Assembly (NCBI GenBank): GCA_010909165.1
Contig: VJWM01000172.1
Span: 1-64,000, forward strand
Direction of reading: 5' to 3'
Source: Anthoceros angustus
Taxonomy: Eukaryota > Plantae > Anthocerotophyta
DNA length: 64,000 bases
In this document: positions 35,421 through 47,750 of the stretch, piece by piece
How the letters are laid out: each line of letters starts with the position of its first letter
Position numbering within the stretch: position 1 is the stretch's first letter
The notes under the pieces: generated by a model
Seen by the model: only the letters and a program-made list of their open reading frames with translations
What the model was told of the DNA's origin: nothing
Databases searched by the model: none
Program-made: the position numbers and the translations under genes

Positions 35421-36619
35421 ATTTTGTACCTGTTCCTCACAACATGGCACCAGGTTTATTTCGCCGCGGCGATGTTGCATATGCTTCGTTTTACCCTTTT
35501 CTATTACTAAAAACTAGTGGTAGCACAGCCCTCCCTTTTGTTGTAGTGAAAATGTGTATCATAAAGTCGTACGTCGTCTAGCTGGATCACTTCATCGCAG
35601 GAGCATGCTGCAATATGGAGAACCACCAACTCATCGAGATCCATTTCACTGGAAATCTTCCTCGTCTGGCCACTCGAATTCCTCCTCTGAATCCAGGAAT
35701 TCGAAGATGGGAAACGGATCCGATATGCCCCACAAAGACCTGGAAGTTGGTTTCCTTTTGAACTTTGTTTTTGGAGCATCATTCAGACAGCTAGGAAGAT
35801 ATAGATTGAAATGGATCTCGATCAGTGGGCGGACCTCAATACGACTGCAGTGCTCCTGCAATGAAGTTCGAGTTAGACGACATGTGTGACAAAAACTCGG
35901 TCCTTGGCTTCCATCTGCTGTCGGCCTCCCACGCTGTCCCTGGCTGCCATCTGCTGTCTGCCTCCGCTATGCATAGATCATCCATGCCTATGCGGAATGT
36001 ATAGAAAAAGTCAAGAAAGAGAATGGCAGCAGGCCTAGGCTTGTGTGACTGCAAAACCTGCTCCCTAATTGATAGAGGTTTTCAGCACCCACGGATGAAG
36101 CCACGCTGTTCTGCCTGAAGACGAATACCAGAAGACTCGAGAGAAAAGGCGATCCTGCAGCCCGGACAGAAAAACACAAACAACGCGGACAAGGAAAAGT
36201 ATATTAGGCCTAGCAAACTCCTAGGACAATAATATTCCGATGGGACGGAAACATATACATCTATCTGGCCTGGCCTGCAAACTCTTGTGCGAAAGTACAA
36301 TTGGCACCTACCTTGAGCCTCTCGGCTCTCTGCAAATTGAACTCTCTGGAAAAGCCCTGACCTATGCTACCAATACTGTAATATGCCAAGGACAGGTTCG
36401 ACAGCCACAGCCAAATTACCTTCTTTTTGTGGGCTCGTGATGAATGTCAACAACCACGTCCTAAGGCTGCTCGTGAGCACTTATGCTTGAAGTGCAGTGG
36501 TGAAGAGATTCTTTCCAATTGCAGGGGGCATGACTTCAGGTGGGCGGTGCTCCCTCCCCCTTGCTTGAGCTCACTGCATCATCAACCAACCACAATCTCG
36601 ATATTATATTGGCAGCAAA

Positions 36620-37140
36620 GCGATTCACACAACTCAGGCTAGGCTTGCAAAGCAGTCCGTCGAGGAGCTGTGGTACATACATCCGCAAGGCTCTCAAGAA
36701 ACAGCCATACCTGATGAGGATGGGGATGGTTGATGACCGTTTTGCAGTGGTGGACCCGATTGAGGTGCGACCTTCATTCCTCCACGTTCCTCATGTCCAG
36801 GCAACCTCCGTCGCAAAGCTCTGCAGTTGTCAAGCAGCTGATCGTCCCTCCCTGGACATGACGTTTCTATCGCAACACGGCTCCACCATCTCGTGATTCA
36901 CGACTCAGGCTAGGGTTGCAATACAGTCATTCGACGAGCTATACATCCATCCGCAACGCTCTCAAGAAACAGCCCTTCCGGTACTGATGAGGATCGGGCG
37001 AGATCCTTGATGGGCGTGTTTGCAGTGGTGCACCCGATCGTCGGTGCCAGCTTCATTCGTCCACATTCCTCATGTCTAACCAAATCTGCCGAAAAGCTCT
37101 AAAGTTTGGACATGACGTGTCTACCGCAACACCATCTCCA
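36620..37140. repeat. Diverged tandem duplication, about 270-bp unit x2
   Basis: 'gattcacac.actcaggctagg.ttgcaa...ctctcaagaaacagcc...ttcctcatgtc...ggacatgacgt' at about 36621 and 36894. Confidence 0.85.
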
Positions 37141-37514
37141 TCGCCGCTCCCGCCATCGGTTCGACACAACCGCAAGTCTCATCTGCCGGAGCGTGGAGTG
37201 GCAGGCCCCCCGGGACGCCCAAGCTATGTAGTAAAACAACTCGCTTTCTGCGAAGTCTTATGTTTGTATCGAGTTAGTTAGTTAGTCAGTTAGGGTTTTG
37301 TTCATGTTTATTAAAATTACTCATCATCTGACCTAGATGATTTGGATAAGTTATTATTTGTATATATCTACTATAAATATTGAATTTCTATTTTAATTTA
37401 TATATTTTAATATTTGAACTTTTAAATAAAATATAGTAGTTATTTTTATATTTCTAAAATTAACTTTTACAAAACATTATGCTCACACTCCATACAGGTT
37501 TTCATGGGCTGGGG

Positions 37515-37582
37515 TTTAGGGTTTAGGGTTTAGGGTTTAGGGTTTAGGGTTTAGGGTTTAGGGTTTAGGGTTTAGGTTTAGG
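37515..37582 (+). repeat. Interstitial plant telomeric tract
   Basis: 8 perfect TTTAGGG units plus 2 TTTAGG. Confidence 0.97.
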
Positions 37583-37589
37583 ACTGAGA

Positions 37590-37930
37590 CCAAGTTTTAG
37601 TTGTAGACGTGGTCGTAACATCTCCTACGAGACACAAGGATGCAAGCATGTTCACAAGTACTCGTCGATGTAGAAAGGCCATGCCTTCATACCCTTTGCC
37701 ATTGAGACTCATGGGGTCATGGGCAAGGATTTCTCCAAGTTCATCAAGGCTTGTGCTAAAGCCTACCACAGCTGCAAGAATGAGGTTGGTTTCTTCCTTT
37801 CTTGTGTGGTGGCTTTCTTTTAGCAATGGGTGTCCATCACCCTACAGATCTGTGCATTGGCCAACATTGCAAGACGACACCTATGGTAAGGAACGTGGCA
37901 TCTTCGACACCAGTGGTAGCTAGGCCCTTT
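37590..37930 (+). mobile_element. 5'-truncated non-LTR retrotransposon end, restriction-like endonuclease (CRE/R2-like) domain
   Basis: VVDVVVTSP..HKYSSM*KGHAFIPFAIETHGVMGKDFSKFIKACAKAYH..FF*QWVSITLQ; paralog 45780-46520. Confidence 0.8.
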
Positions 37931-39924
37931 TTTTTCCCGGGCCATGACATTCTTGGCGCTATAGGTAGCTTCGAGATAAGAGATCACGAGGGCTAGTCCT
38001 CCTTGGCCTGGTGTCCTCTAGAGGGTTGTTCGCCTTCGTCTTAGAGTAGATGGGTTTTTCCATCTTTTTTTTTACATAAAGTATATGTCACGCTGTGAGG
38101 CAACATAGCTGTCCATGGCCACATTAAGTGGTCATGGCTCATGTCAAAGTCTGTGAAGCACTGAGCTTCACGGTTCGGGTAAGTCTCCAAAATAGGCTTA
38201 TCACTTAAACAAGTATTTAACAAGCCTGCAAAATAGGCTTATCGGCTAACTATCAAAGCAGCAAAGTAAGAGAACAAGTAGGCAAAATTCTAATCCGGAC
38301 ATTAAAATCCTAATTGAAACTCTAATTTGACATTTAAACGAACGCGTTCAATAGTGATCGCTACAGATGTTGGGTTTTGTCGTCACCTTTTCCTTTCATG
38401 CATGTATTGTCCGAAACTTGCATCGATCGAAGATTCCGAGGTGCCTTAGGCCCGAGCTGCAAGAAGTTCGAGCATGTGGGAGATGTGGAGGCTCGGTCGT
38501 GGGCCTCTTCCCCTTGATGGAAAGCATCGCCCTTTTCCTCACCAATTCCGATGATTGGACCAGGTGATGGATAGTACCATCTTATATAGAAGCTTGTGGA
38601 GGTAGTTTCTACATGGCCCACTAAAGAAGGAAAGCATCACTTTTCTTCCGAAATCGTGGTTGATCGGGACCCGGATGCTCATGGCCCAGTCCTGCAACGC
38701 CTGGAGGAGGACTCGAGTTGATCACTATGGTTATGGAGGCTTGTTGTAACCTGAATCTCAGTGAGGAGCTGCAAGAACAGGTTAGCACAATCAAGTCTGC
38801 TCTTCTTCTACTTGGCCAGTTGCACACCACGAGCCAAAATAATGCATTCGTTAAAAAGGGTTCATCTGGTAACTAGTATAGAGGCGTTGGAACTTCATGC
38901 TTCCTTCCTTTGAGCCGTGCTTGTGCAGGAACACGAGGTATAGTCCTGATCAGGTGAGATATCGATTTGAAAATTTCTCTCTAGTTCGAAACCTCAAAGA
39001 AAGAATCTTATCAAAAGATCAATTGTGAAGAAGAGAATTGATTTTTAAGCATTTGTGAGAGTGGGTTGTGGTGTGCCTTCACAAGATTTGATCAGAAGAA
39101 ACATTCAAGAAAATCCCCACAACAATATTAATATTTGTGGCAGCTTTCACCGACATGACGATGGCTTGAATGGAATTTGTCTAAGGGTGCCGGTAGAGTT
39201 GCTGCTTTGTTTGAGTCGATTCTGAACACAGACTACAAGCGGCATTATTGGGTCGGGCGTTATGCCCCATTATTAAGTGAACACTGATTCACATTCCTGG
39301 GGAAGATACAAATGGGAAATTTCCAAGCTAATGGTTCAACAACAACCTCCTAAACTAAGACTAGCCTAGATGGTATTGGCGCCCACGCACTAATAGGGGC
39401 AGCATCGACTACAATGCAGAAGTGCGGAAGCAAATCCAGACCCCGCTCTAAAAGCGACACACCAAACCCAGGAGCAAAAGCAAATTCTTGGTCCACCAGC
39501 ATCTGGATGTGCTTGGTGACCGAACAACCTAGGCAGCCAGCTAGAACATCCGTGACAAGAGGACCTGAAGGCTCTTGACAAAGCGAATGAGCTTGTACTC
39601 ATTATGGTCAGCTGCCAGTAACCTCTAAACACCAGGCTCCACGTGGAAAAGAAGCATTACACCTCATAACTACCGACCTTGTTATGATGTAGGCGCTTTT
39701 ACTCCTGTTGTTGATGACCTTTAGTACCTCTCCCCCCCATGAGCACGCTGCCCTACACCTCGTTGGCTTTGGTGTTGAACAACTGGTACAAAGACCTTAC
39801 GCTGGCGCATTTGAGCGCCTGATCCAGAACCAAGCCTCATGCTCATCGTCTGCTGCCAGTCACCAAACTACGTAGGATGAGGAGGGATGATCCAAGGTGC
39901 ATCCAGCTGCCCATAGAAGATCTG

Positions 39925-41180
39925 CTATCCCAAGACAGGGGCAGGATGGTACATGGGCATGCTAGTAGGCACAGCAGGACCAGCAACTCCAACTGGTCTT
40001 CTCATTTCAGCAAATTGTGCCTGCAACCTTGCCCTGCGCACTTCCTTTCGCTCAGCCAAAGCCACATACAGGGGCTTTGTTCCCACCATTCGGCCATTCA
40101 TTTCAGACATCGCACGGGTGGCCTCCTTAGGGGCTGAAAATGCCACAAATCCCGAACCCCTACTCCGACCTTGGGGGTCTCTCATAACCTTGCATGAGGT
40201 TATGGTGCCGAAATCTGCAAACAACTCTCTCAACTTATCGTTATCCGTGGTATCGTCCAGATGCTTAAGGTACAGATTCACACCCCGGTACTTGTGAATC
40301 CTCTCTTGTCGTTCGCGCTCAAACTTAGCACGCAGCTTTGCCTGCCTCTCAGATTTCTTCTGGGCTCTTCCAACATACCACTCCTTATCATCGAACTGCT
40401 TTCCATTCAACTCGGCCAGACTCTCCATCCTGCGTGTTCCAAGTTGACAAACCCAAAGCATTTCGACCTACCATCAACATCCCGCATTACAACCGTGACC
40501 GGTGATGTTGCCATGAGCTCCAAAGATCTTCCTCAAGTCCTCATCGGTTGTGGTGTCCAAGGTTCTTCACATAGACATTGTTGAACTTTGGCGCACCACT
40601 AGCTTGCTCCCTCTCCTCACGGCGGACAAATGGGCCCACAAACACTTGCTTGTCATTCCACATCATGCCGTTCACTTTTTCAATGGCGCTTGGGCATCCT
40701 CGTCCTTCTCGAATTGCACAAACCCATATCCTCTAGATTGGCTGAACCATCGGTGGCCACCTTGCAGAGAGGATTGACCCAAAGTTTGAGAATGTGTCAT
40801 AGAGGGCCCTATTATCAATCTGACTTGTCTAGGTTCTTGATGAAGATGTTGGCAACTCCGCTCATCCGAATACTAGAGTCCCTATTCGAATACATAATCC
40901 GAATAGGTTTCCTTCCACGGTGAAGTTCAAGACGCGTATGCGCGGCGCTAGCTTGGTAGTAGTTCACATATGCGTATCCCAGCGAAAGTCGCGTCATGCC
41001 ATCCCGACACACCCGAATAGAAACAATTGCCCCAACCTGGCGGAAGATCTCGTAGAGATGAGCTTCGGACACACTAGACTCTAGGTCCCCCACGTAGAGA
41101 GGAGGGGCCAGAAACTGAGTAGGAAACGCAGGTCCAAGTTGAGGAAGCGTTTGAGGGCACTGCGCTTGCACCTGCGCCAT
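39925..41180 (-). pseudogene. PABP: Processed (intronless) poly(A)-binding protein retrocopy, RRM1-4, no PABC domain
   Basis: [77 protein letters not shown]; frameshifts; no introns. Confidence 0.92.
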
Positions 41181-42339
41181 GGCTGACTCCTTTGCCCAAT
41201 GAGCACGAAACTAGAAGAAACCCACACTGGAGCTGCTCCTAGATCTATAGACAGATAGCGGAAGTGTATCGGCGGATCCCAAAGTCACAAGTCACAAGTG
41301 GTTAAACTTGTGCCATATGTAGACTAAGATAGGTGTCAAAGTGCGCAAGTAATTAAACTTATGCTCTAACCCCCATATATAGACTCAAGGTAGGTCCTGT
41401 CGAGAAACTCCCCTCCTTTACCGAGAAACTTGGATGAAGTCTTGTATCCGGAGGAGCCAACTCGAAGTCCGCGCTTCCGCTTCGAGCGCACCATGAGGAT
41501 ACCGGAAGCGGAACGAGCCAACGATGCCGCACATCACGCTCTTCTTCGGCCTCGGTTCTACGAGCTGGTCCACGGGTGGTACGGTACCCTCGAGGCCGCA
41601 GACCGAATATGATGTGGGTACTGTTTGAGTGCATTTTGGATTATTTGCTTGTGCAGGAGGAGGAGTCCGGAGATGGAGACGATCCGAATCCGATCGCTTG
41701 GCGGATCATGATCTCGGCTCGCACTTGGAGAGAATCAGCATCCGTCCCTGAGAGCGGCAGACGTTTGGGGACGTGGCCGAGTACATGGAGCTGTTCCGTA
41801 GAAGGGGAGCGTGGCTATGGTAGAGGTTATGCTCGTGAAGGACTTAAATTGTTTATCCAGACACGGGCAGAGACGGTGGTAAAGGCAAGGAGAAGGTTGG
41901 TGAAGAGCTGATCTAGCGGTGTCAAAAGAAGTGCAGAGTACTGGGTTCCTTCAGTGCTTTTGTGGTCGCTGCAAGGCGGGGAGTACGATGAGGTTACCAA
42001 GGAGAAGCTGGTGAGCTACTGGGCTCCGTAAGCGACACTCGCCCAAGCTCGGCCCAGGTCTCGACATTCCGGGGTGTGCACTTCAAATATATGAGCCACG
42101 AGCAGTAGGACATCTTCTGCATGTTGAGCCCCCAAGCGTCTTCTTGTGACACCGTGTTCCACCGTTAAGATGCTACTATTGGACAATGGTTCATCTTTCC
42201 CGGCTCCCAACATCCACCTCCCGAGAAATCACTCTTGAACCAGCGACTGCATCTGACTCTAAAGGCGAATTACAAACCTGTAGCTTTGTAGTAACCCGTC
42301 TCTAGATCGTCTATCCTCATGACTTGCTACCTAATAGTA

Positions 42340-43808
42340 TGTAGAGTCTAGATGGCTGTGCTTTGCTAGACTAATGCTTTGTCACGGTGCCTTGCTAGAG
42401 TCTAGATGGCTGAGTAATTGCTAGACTAGTTAGCTCGTGCTCTCGCTTGCAGGGTTCCGGCCAGCCATCTTGCTTGCTTGTCTGGAATCTGGAACACTTG
42501 ATCCTAACTGAATGTTAGAAACAGTTATTTTGATTGTTGATGCACGATTCTTGGCCGAATTGTCGATCATACCATAATTTTCCCCAATGTCACTACAACA
42601 TATCGCCCCTCTGGACACCGAAATTGCAGACATCTGCACCTCAATGTCCCTCAAACTGAGAAAGTTGTATAAATTCATAGCTATCTGGTATGAGGACATG
42701 TAACCCAGGCTGTCGATGACCCGGATCCTGGTGTGAGCCTCCTTGGGTAAAAGCCCTTTGTCCAATCAGCTGTTTAGTCATCAACGCTCATCACCAACGA
42801 TCATCAACACTATCACCAGTACTATCACGAGTATTTTAGAGTCTCGGGCGAAGACTGTGCGCACGCAAGGTAGATCGGCGGCGCGCCTAGGTAGACTTGG
42901 TCATCTTTAGAAGAAACAAAGTTTGCCCAACGGGGTTGGAAGATTGTGAATGGATCTTATGAGCTTCATGCCTAGTCGAAGGGGCAAGCTTGTGCTTGTG
43001 AGAGAGCTGCAAAGGGAGCCCTAGCCTATTAGAGGAAGCCCTAGCCAGCCAGCCATGGAGCTAGCTTAGCTTCTCTACATACTTCAACCATGGGGCTAAC
43101 CCTAGCCTGTCTACATACTTCAGCCATGGGGCTAACCCTAGACTGTCTCGATACTTGAGCCACAACTAGGTACTTCAAGCTCCTAGCGTGCTCGCGTCCG
43201 CGTCCAGGCAGCTACAACAAGCTTAAGGAGGAGGGTCTACTCATAAGAGAGGGTTGCAGCGAGTTGGCGATGAGGTAGGCATGGCGGGATCCATCGCGAT
43301 TCCGTGCTCCCATGCGGGCTTCTTATAGTGCTACATTCTAGACCTGGACAAGATCTTCGACGAGGGAGGTTGGGTGCCGGAGATGCAGAAGATCTGGCAG
43401 AGCCTAAACTCCGAGCTGGTGTAGCGGATGATGGCCTACCTGCTGACGACCAATCGAGTGCGATGCTGGGTCCTGGACCGAGCCTTCAAGGGGCTGCTGG
43501 CACCCAAGGCCGGCACGAGCTTCGATGGCATCAAACACTCCCTGGGCCTGGCGCCGGGATTAGAGGTAGAAAGCTGGCCATTTGTGCTCACCATGTGGTT
43601 GCCCAGAACCTTGCGGGACCTGAAAATGTTCGATGGTAATTAGTGACATCACTGGATAGATCAGAGAGAGTTGAACGTATGTACAAGCCAAGCATTTTTA
43701 AGAACGAAGGTGAAACGGTGCCTGACGGTAACCATTCGATATGTGTCTATTCGATGCTTAATTCGAAACGTGTGCTAACTAGTGGTCTAGATTGCTACTA
43801 TTCTAACA
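42340..43808 (-). repeat. Repeat B intact copy, probable 1.5-kb 3' LTR of a decayed Copia; holds the empty Copia A site
   Basis: TG...CA ends; purine tract AGTGGGA directly upstream on minus strand; single ATTCC in cgcgATTCCgtgctcc near 43300. Confidence 0.6.
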
Positions 43809-43869
43809 ATCCCACTTAGTAAGCGGACACTCGTTTAAATATTTTGATCTTGATTATTAATTTTTGATA

Positions 43870-44000
43870 ATCTTCTTAAGCCCATTGTGGCAGAATGTTG
43901 TTGATGTTTGGTTGTAGTAAGAGCCTTGGTGAGCACGTCGGCAACCTTTGTTCGATTGGGAAGTAGAGGACTTCAAATTTCCCGTCCTCGACTATTTGCC
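43870..44000 (-). mobile_element. Copia RNase H terminal relic
   Basis: QIVEDGKFEVLYFP..VADVLTKALTTTKHQ. Confidence 0.8.
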
Positions 44001-44059
44001 TCATAAAATGAAATTGAACTTCCCCATGTTTAGTGCGTGCATGGAACTTTGGGTTATAG

Positions 44060-44380
44060 GTAACGAATTCATTCTCTCTACTTGTTCTCTACAGGTTTTT
44101 CTAGAGGACACGTAAATTACCCAAAGGGCGAGACCTAAACCGAAATAGTTCCTCCACACCATGAACTTCAAAATCTCACATTCTTGCAAACATCTTTTAA
44201 TACTCATGTGATCTATGGTTGTTAAGGTTTGTTCAATGAAGATTGATGTTCTCCTTTACAGAGGGATGAGTTTATGCATGTATATTCATGTGTGTGTTAA
44301 CGAATTCATTCTCTCTACTTGTTCCCTACAGGTTTCCCTAGAGGGCACGTAAATTACCCAAAGGCGAGACCTAAACCGAA
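44060..44380. repeat. About 85-bp direct repeat x2
   Basis: taacgaattcattctctctacttgtt...aaattacccaaagg.cgagacctaaaccgaaa at about 44061 and 44298. Confidence 0.85.
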
Positions 44381-44413
44381 AGAAATACTCCTATTTATCA
44401 ATCTTTAAAATTA

Positions 44414-45157
44414 TGGAGTCCACAATGAAAATTGAAGTGAGAATGTTTTAAGAAAGATACATATGTGGAAAATGTATCGGTGAAGGAGGTTTTTCCAAAG
44501 TCTATGAATGCTATGACAAATATGAAAAAATCTAAAGACATAAATGATGCAATATGTAGAGAGATCAACACTCTTCGATCTCTTCCAAAATATTCTCATA
44601 TTATTAACACAAAAAGTGTTCATGAGGATATTGAACATATTTATATTGTGATGGAGCTATGTACCTATGGTACACTAAAGGATGAACTAAAAAAAGGGGG
44701 AGCTTATTGTGAAGAGGATGCAAAAATACTTATGTTTAACCTAATGGAGGCAATCAATTTTTGCCACAGGCATAATGTTATGCATCGCGATTTGAAACCA
44801 GCTAATATATTATTACTTAGCCGTCTCAAAGTCATACTAGCAAACTTAGGTTTGTCTGTTCCATGTCTCCAAAACGAACATGAATTATTGTACAGGGGAG
44901 CTGCAGGAACTCCATGTTACATAGCTCCGGAGGTATTGGACTTGGAAGATGATGTAAACATAAACTATACTTCAAAAGCCGATATTTGGAGCGTAGGAGT
45001 CATTTTGTATGAAGTTTTAACCGGAAACCGTCCTTATATAGGATATGAGTTCGAAAAAGAAGAATGGATAACTCAATTGGACCTAGATGAGTGGCCCAAC
45101 ATGTCACACAGTGAAAGATCTACTACACTCAATGTTACATTTAGAACAAGAGTGTAG
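44414..45157 (+). pseudogene. Intronless, AT-rich Ser/Thr kinase (CAMK/CDPK-like) pseudogene
   Basis: IGEGGFSKVYEC in another frame with stops, VAIK region missing, VMHRDLKPANIL, DFG replaced by NLG, GTPCYIAPEVL, ADIWSVGVILYEVLTG. Confidence 0.85.
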
Positions 45158-45400
45158 ACCGGATCTTGACAAGTTCTAAACCATTCTTGGTTTTGCTCGC
45201 TATCTTATATATGAAAGATAGTAATTTTATTATATAAGAATTTTTATTTGTGTTATATTTTTTATATAATAATTTTTATTTTTACTTTATTCATAATCTC
45301 ATTAAACCACTCTTCAATGCCTCTTGTGAAAAAGTCTTCAAGCCATGTAAGCGGCAGTCATGAAATTGATATAGTGAAGCTGAGATTGGAGTATTTGGCT

Positions 45401-45730
45401 ACGTGTTTAGCTAGTGAGTGCTTTTTTGGTCATTTTCATAGCATGGCATAATAGCATTGTGACAATTTCTTATTATATAGTTACGCAGATTATAGTTACT
45501 AAATCGCATGTTAGAATCTTGACGGGTTCGCAAACCCCGATTCTGGCTCTAAGCGGCGCTCAACGTGTTTAGCTAGTGAGTGCTTTTTTGGTCATTTTCA
45601 TAGCATGGCATAATAGCATTGTGACAATTTCTTATTATATAGTTACGCAGATTATAGTTACTAAATCGCATGTTAGAATCTTGACGGGTTTGCAAACCCT
45701 GATTTCTGCTGGCTCTAAGCAGGCTGCTCA
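45401..45730. repeat. Tandem duplication, 162-bp period x2
   Basis: acgtgtttagctagtgagtgc... starts at 45401 and 45563. Confidence 0.92.
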
Positions 45731-45779
45731 ACGTGCTTGTGGGACGACCACACCAGGGGTGTGCGAATATTTTGAATCA

Positions 45780-46520
45780 TGAGCCGGAGCAAGGTTGAAT
45801 GTGGCTTGAGGTGGAGTGTGAAGATGGCGACGTGCGAGAAGGAAAATTGGCATTTAGGGCTGGAAACGGCTTTTGTTGAAGTCCCACCTTGCAGCGCTGT
45901 CCACAAGAGAGAACTCCTAGCCTGTAGGGCAATGGACGCGCATTGCCTGAAAAAAGCCATCACACAAGAAAAGGGGGAGACCAACCGCATTCCTGCGGCT
46001 GTGGTAGGCTTTAGCACAGGCCTTGATGAACCTGGAGAAATCCTTGCCCATGGCCCCGTGAGTCTCGGTGGCAAGGGGGATGAAGGCCTGGCCCTTCTTG
46101 CATGGGCGAGTACTTGTGAACCTTCGTTGTCGCGCATCTCTCTGCCACTCAACCTGGAGGGTTGATGATGATGTGCTTGCAGATGGTGTCCCAGGCAAGG
46201 TCTATTATGACCACATCCACAATAGAAACCTGATCCCTCCTTCGCCATCGAGAACATGACGTCGGGGATGGCGTGATGCGTAGTAATGCGCTGCCCGCCA
46301 GCTGGAGAGCGAGGGGCTACGGCGGCAGGTCTAAACAGAGCAGGCCAAAGGTTGGACTAAACCCAGGCAGAACCTCATCGCGGTAGAAAAAGAAGCCTGT
46401 GCGACTCAAAATACCTTGATACAAGGTCGCGCTAGAAGCCATGAACCTGCTCCCTTCCCCGAGCAAGAGCGGAGGCGAGCTTGAGCTGGTTACTAATTTG
46501 GGATGCCTTCCGAATGCAGT
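45780..46520 (-). mobile_element. RLE-clade LINE 3' fragment (post-RT region, zinc-knuckle remnant, endonuclease)
   Basis: GKGAGSWLLARP..FSTAMRFCLGL, THHAIPDVMF, IVDVVIID, HKYS..GQAFIPLATETHGAMGKDFSRFIKACAKAYH. Confidence 0.8.
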
Positions 46521-47084
46521 AAAAGACTGACATGGCTTTGCACTACCACCCAATTCGGCCCACCTTTTGGCGTGGGCTTCTGGCCTCCCTCCATGAGAAG
46601 CACTATGGGCATGTGCAGCTGGCTCTGCTCTTGGATTCCTCCATTCCTTGACAGCCCGTCCGCTGAGAACGAGGACGAATGCGGCATGACCGCCCTAGCC
46701 TCAGAGGATAGGACACCCCTAGCCAATCTTAACCAGGCAGTGCAGGGGGATACCTAGGTTTTCTACACTGAGACTCAGGTTGTGCAAGGGGACACCCAGC
46801 TTGTGCATGCTGATGAAACTCTGGCTGTCAAGAATGACAGCATGCGGGGGACCGCACTGTAGACTTGTGCTGTGCATGTGTACCTAACCACGGACGTAAC
46901 TAGAAGATGTGGTGGAAGTGCCTAGCAAGGATGGTGAGGAAGTGACCACTATGGCAGTGGCTTTGCAGAGTGGTATGGATGTGGCCACTTGTGCTGGTGT
47001 TGCAATGGCTGATTATGGCTGCCTGATTATCACAGTAGAGAGGCCTAGGTATTTGTTGTTGTTCCCCCAACTCCAATAGTTATA

Positions 47085-47750
47085 GTAACTGCCAAATACC
47101 TTCCTTCCCTGCTTGAGTTAAGGAACAATATTCTACTTCTGTCGAGCTAAGAGCTACAACCTGTTGCCCTTGCTGTTCCAGCTAGTAGTTGTGCCCCTAA
47201 GCAGGTAGACATAGGTGCTAGTGCTTTTCCTATCATTAAGGTTTCCGGCCCGATCGGCGTCACTGAAACCTACGAGCTGGAGAGGCTCGTCCTACTTGAT
47301 GTGTGATTGATATAAAAGTCCCATATCTGAAGTGGCCCTAAGGTATCTAAACACACGTTTAACAACCTTCTAATGGTCCTGTATGGGATTAGCCAGGAAT
47401 TGAGATAAAGCTCCCACAAGATATATAAGGCTTCCTACGGCTGAGGAGCAAAGCTCCCACAAGATATATAAGGCTTCCTACGGCTGAGGAGCAAAGCTCC
47501 CACAAGCTATATAAGGCTTCCTACGGCTGAGGAGCAGGGAAACTCATTGGTATTGGAGTATTAATCATGTAGCTCCTCGGCTACGCTAAGTTTCTAATAT
47601 TTTGTACTTAGTTAAAATCTATTTTTGATTGGTGGATGAATAGGCTTCTTTCTACCATTTCTCTGTCTAAGGTCTCCAATTCCTAGATAGTAAGGTAGGT
47701 CCTTGCATGTGATTCTAACAAACCTTTTTGAAAGCATTTACCTGGTATAT
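47085..47750 (-). mobile_element. Copia RT/RH fragment (paralog of 27790-28430) with a 43-bp triplication at 47407-47535
   Basis: Colinear with 27800-28430; aaagctcccacaag.tatataaggcttcctacggctgaggagc x3. Confidence 0.9.

Noticed and set aside
36400-37200. Possible F-box/LRR-like coding relic in the 270-bp duplication
   Set aside because: No recognisable consensus; recorded only as a repeat
39350-39870. Possible third RLE-LINE relic on the minus strand (CAHGGE-like motif)
   Set aside because: Only one short motif is readable; the rest is too degenerate
41430-42240. Coding-looking ORF pieces (MDEVLYPEE.., MMWVLFECIL..)
   Set aside because: No recognisable family, start/stop logic or splice support
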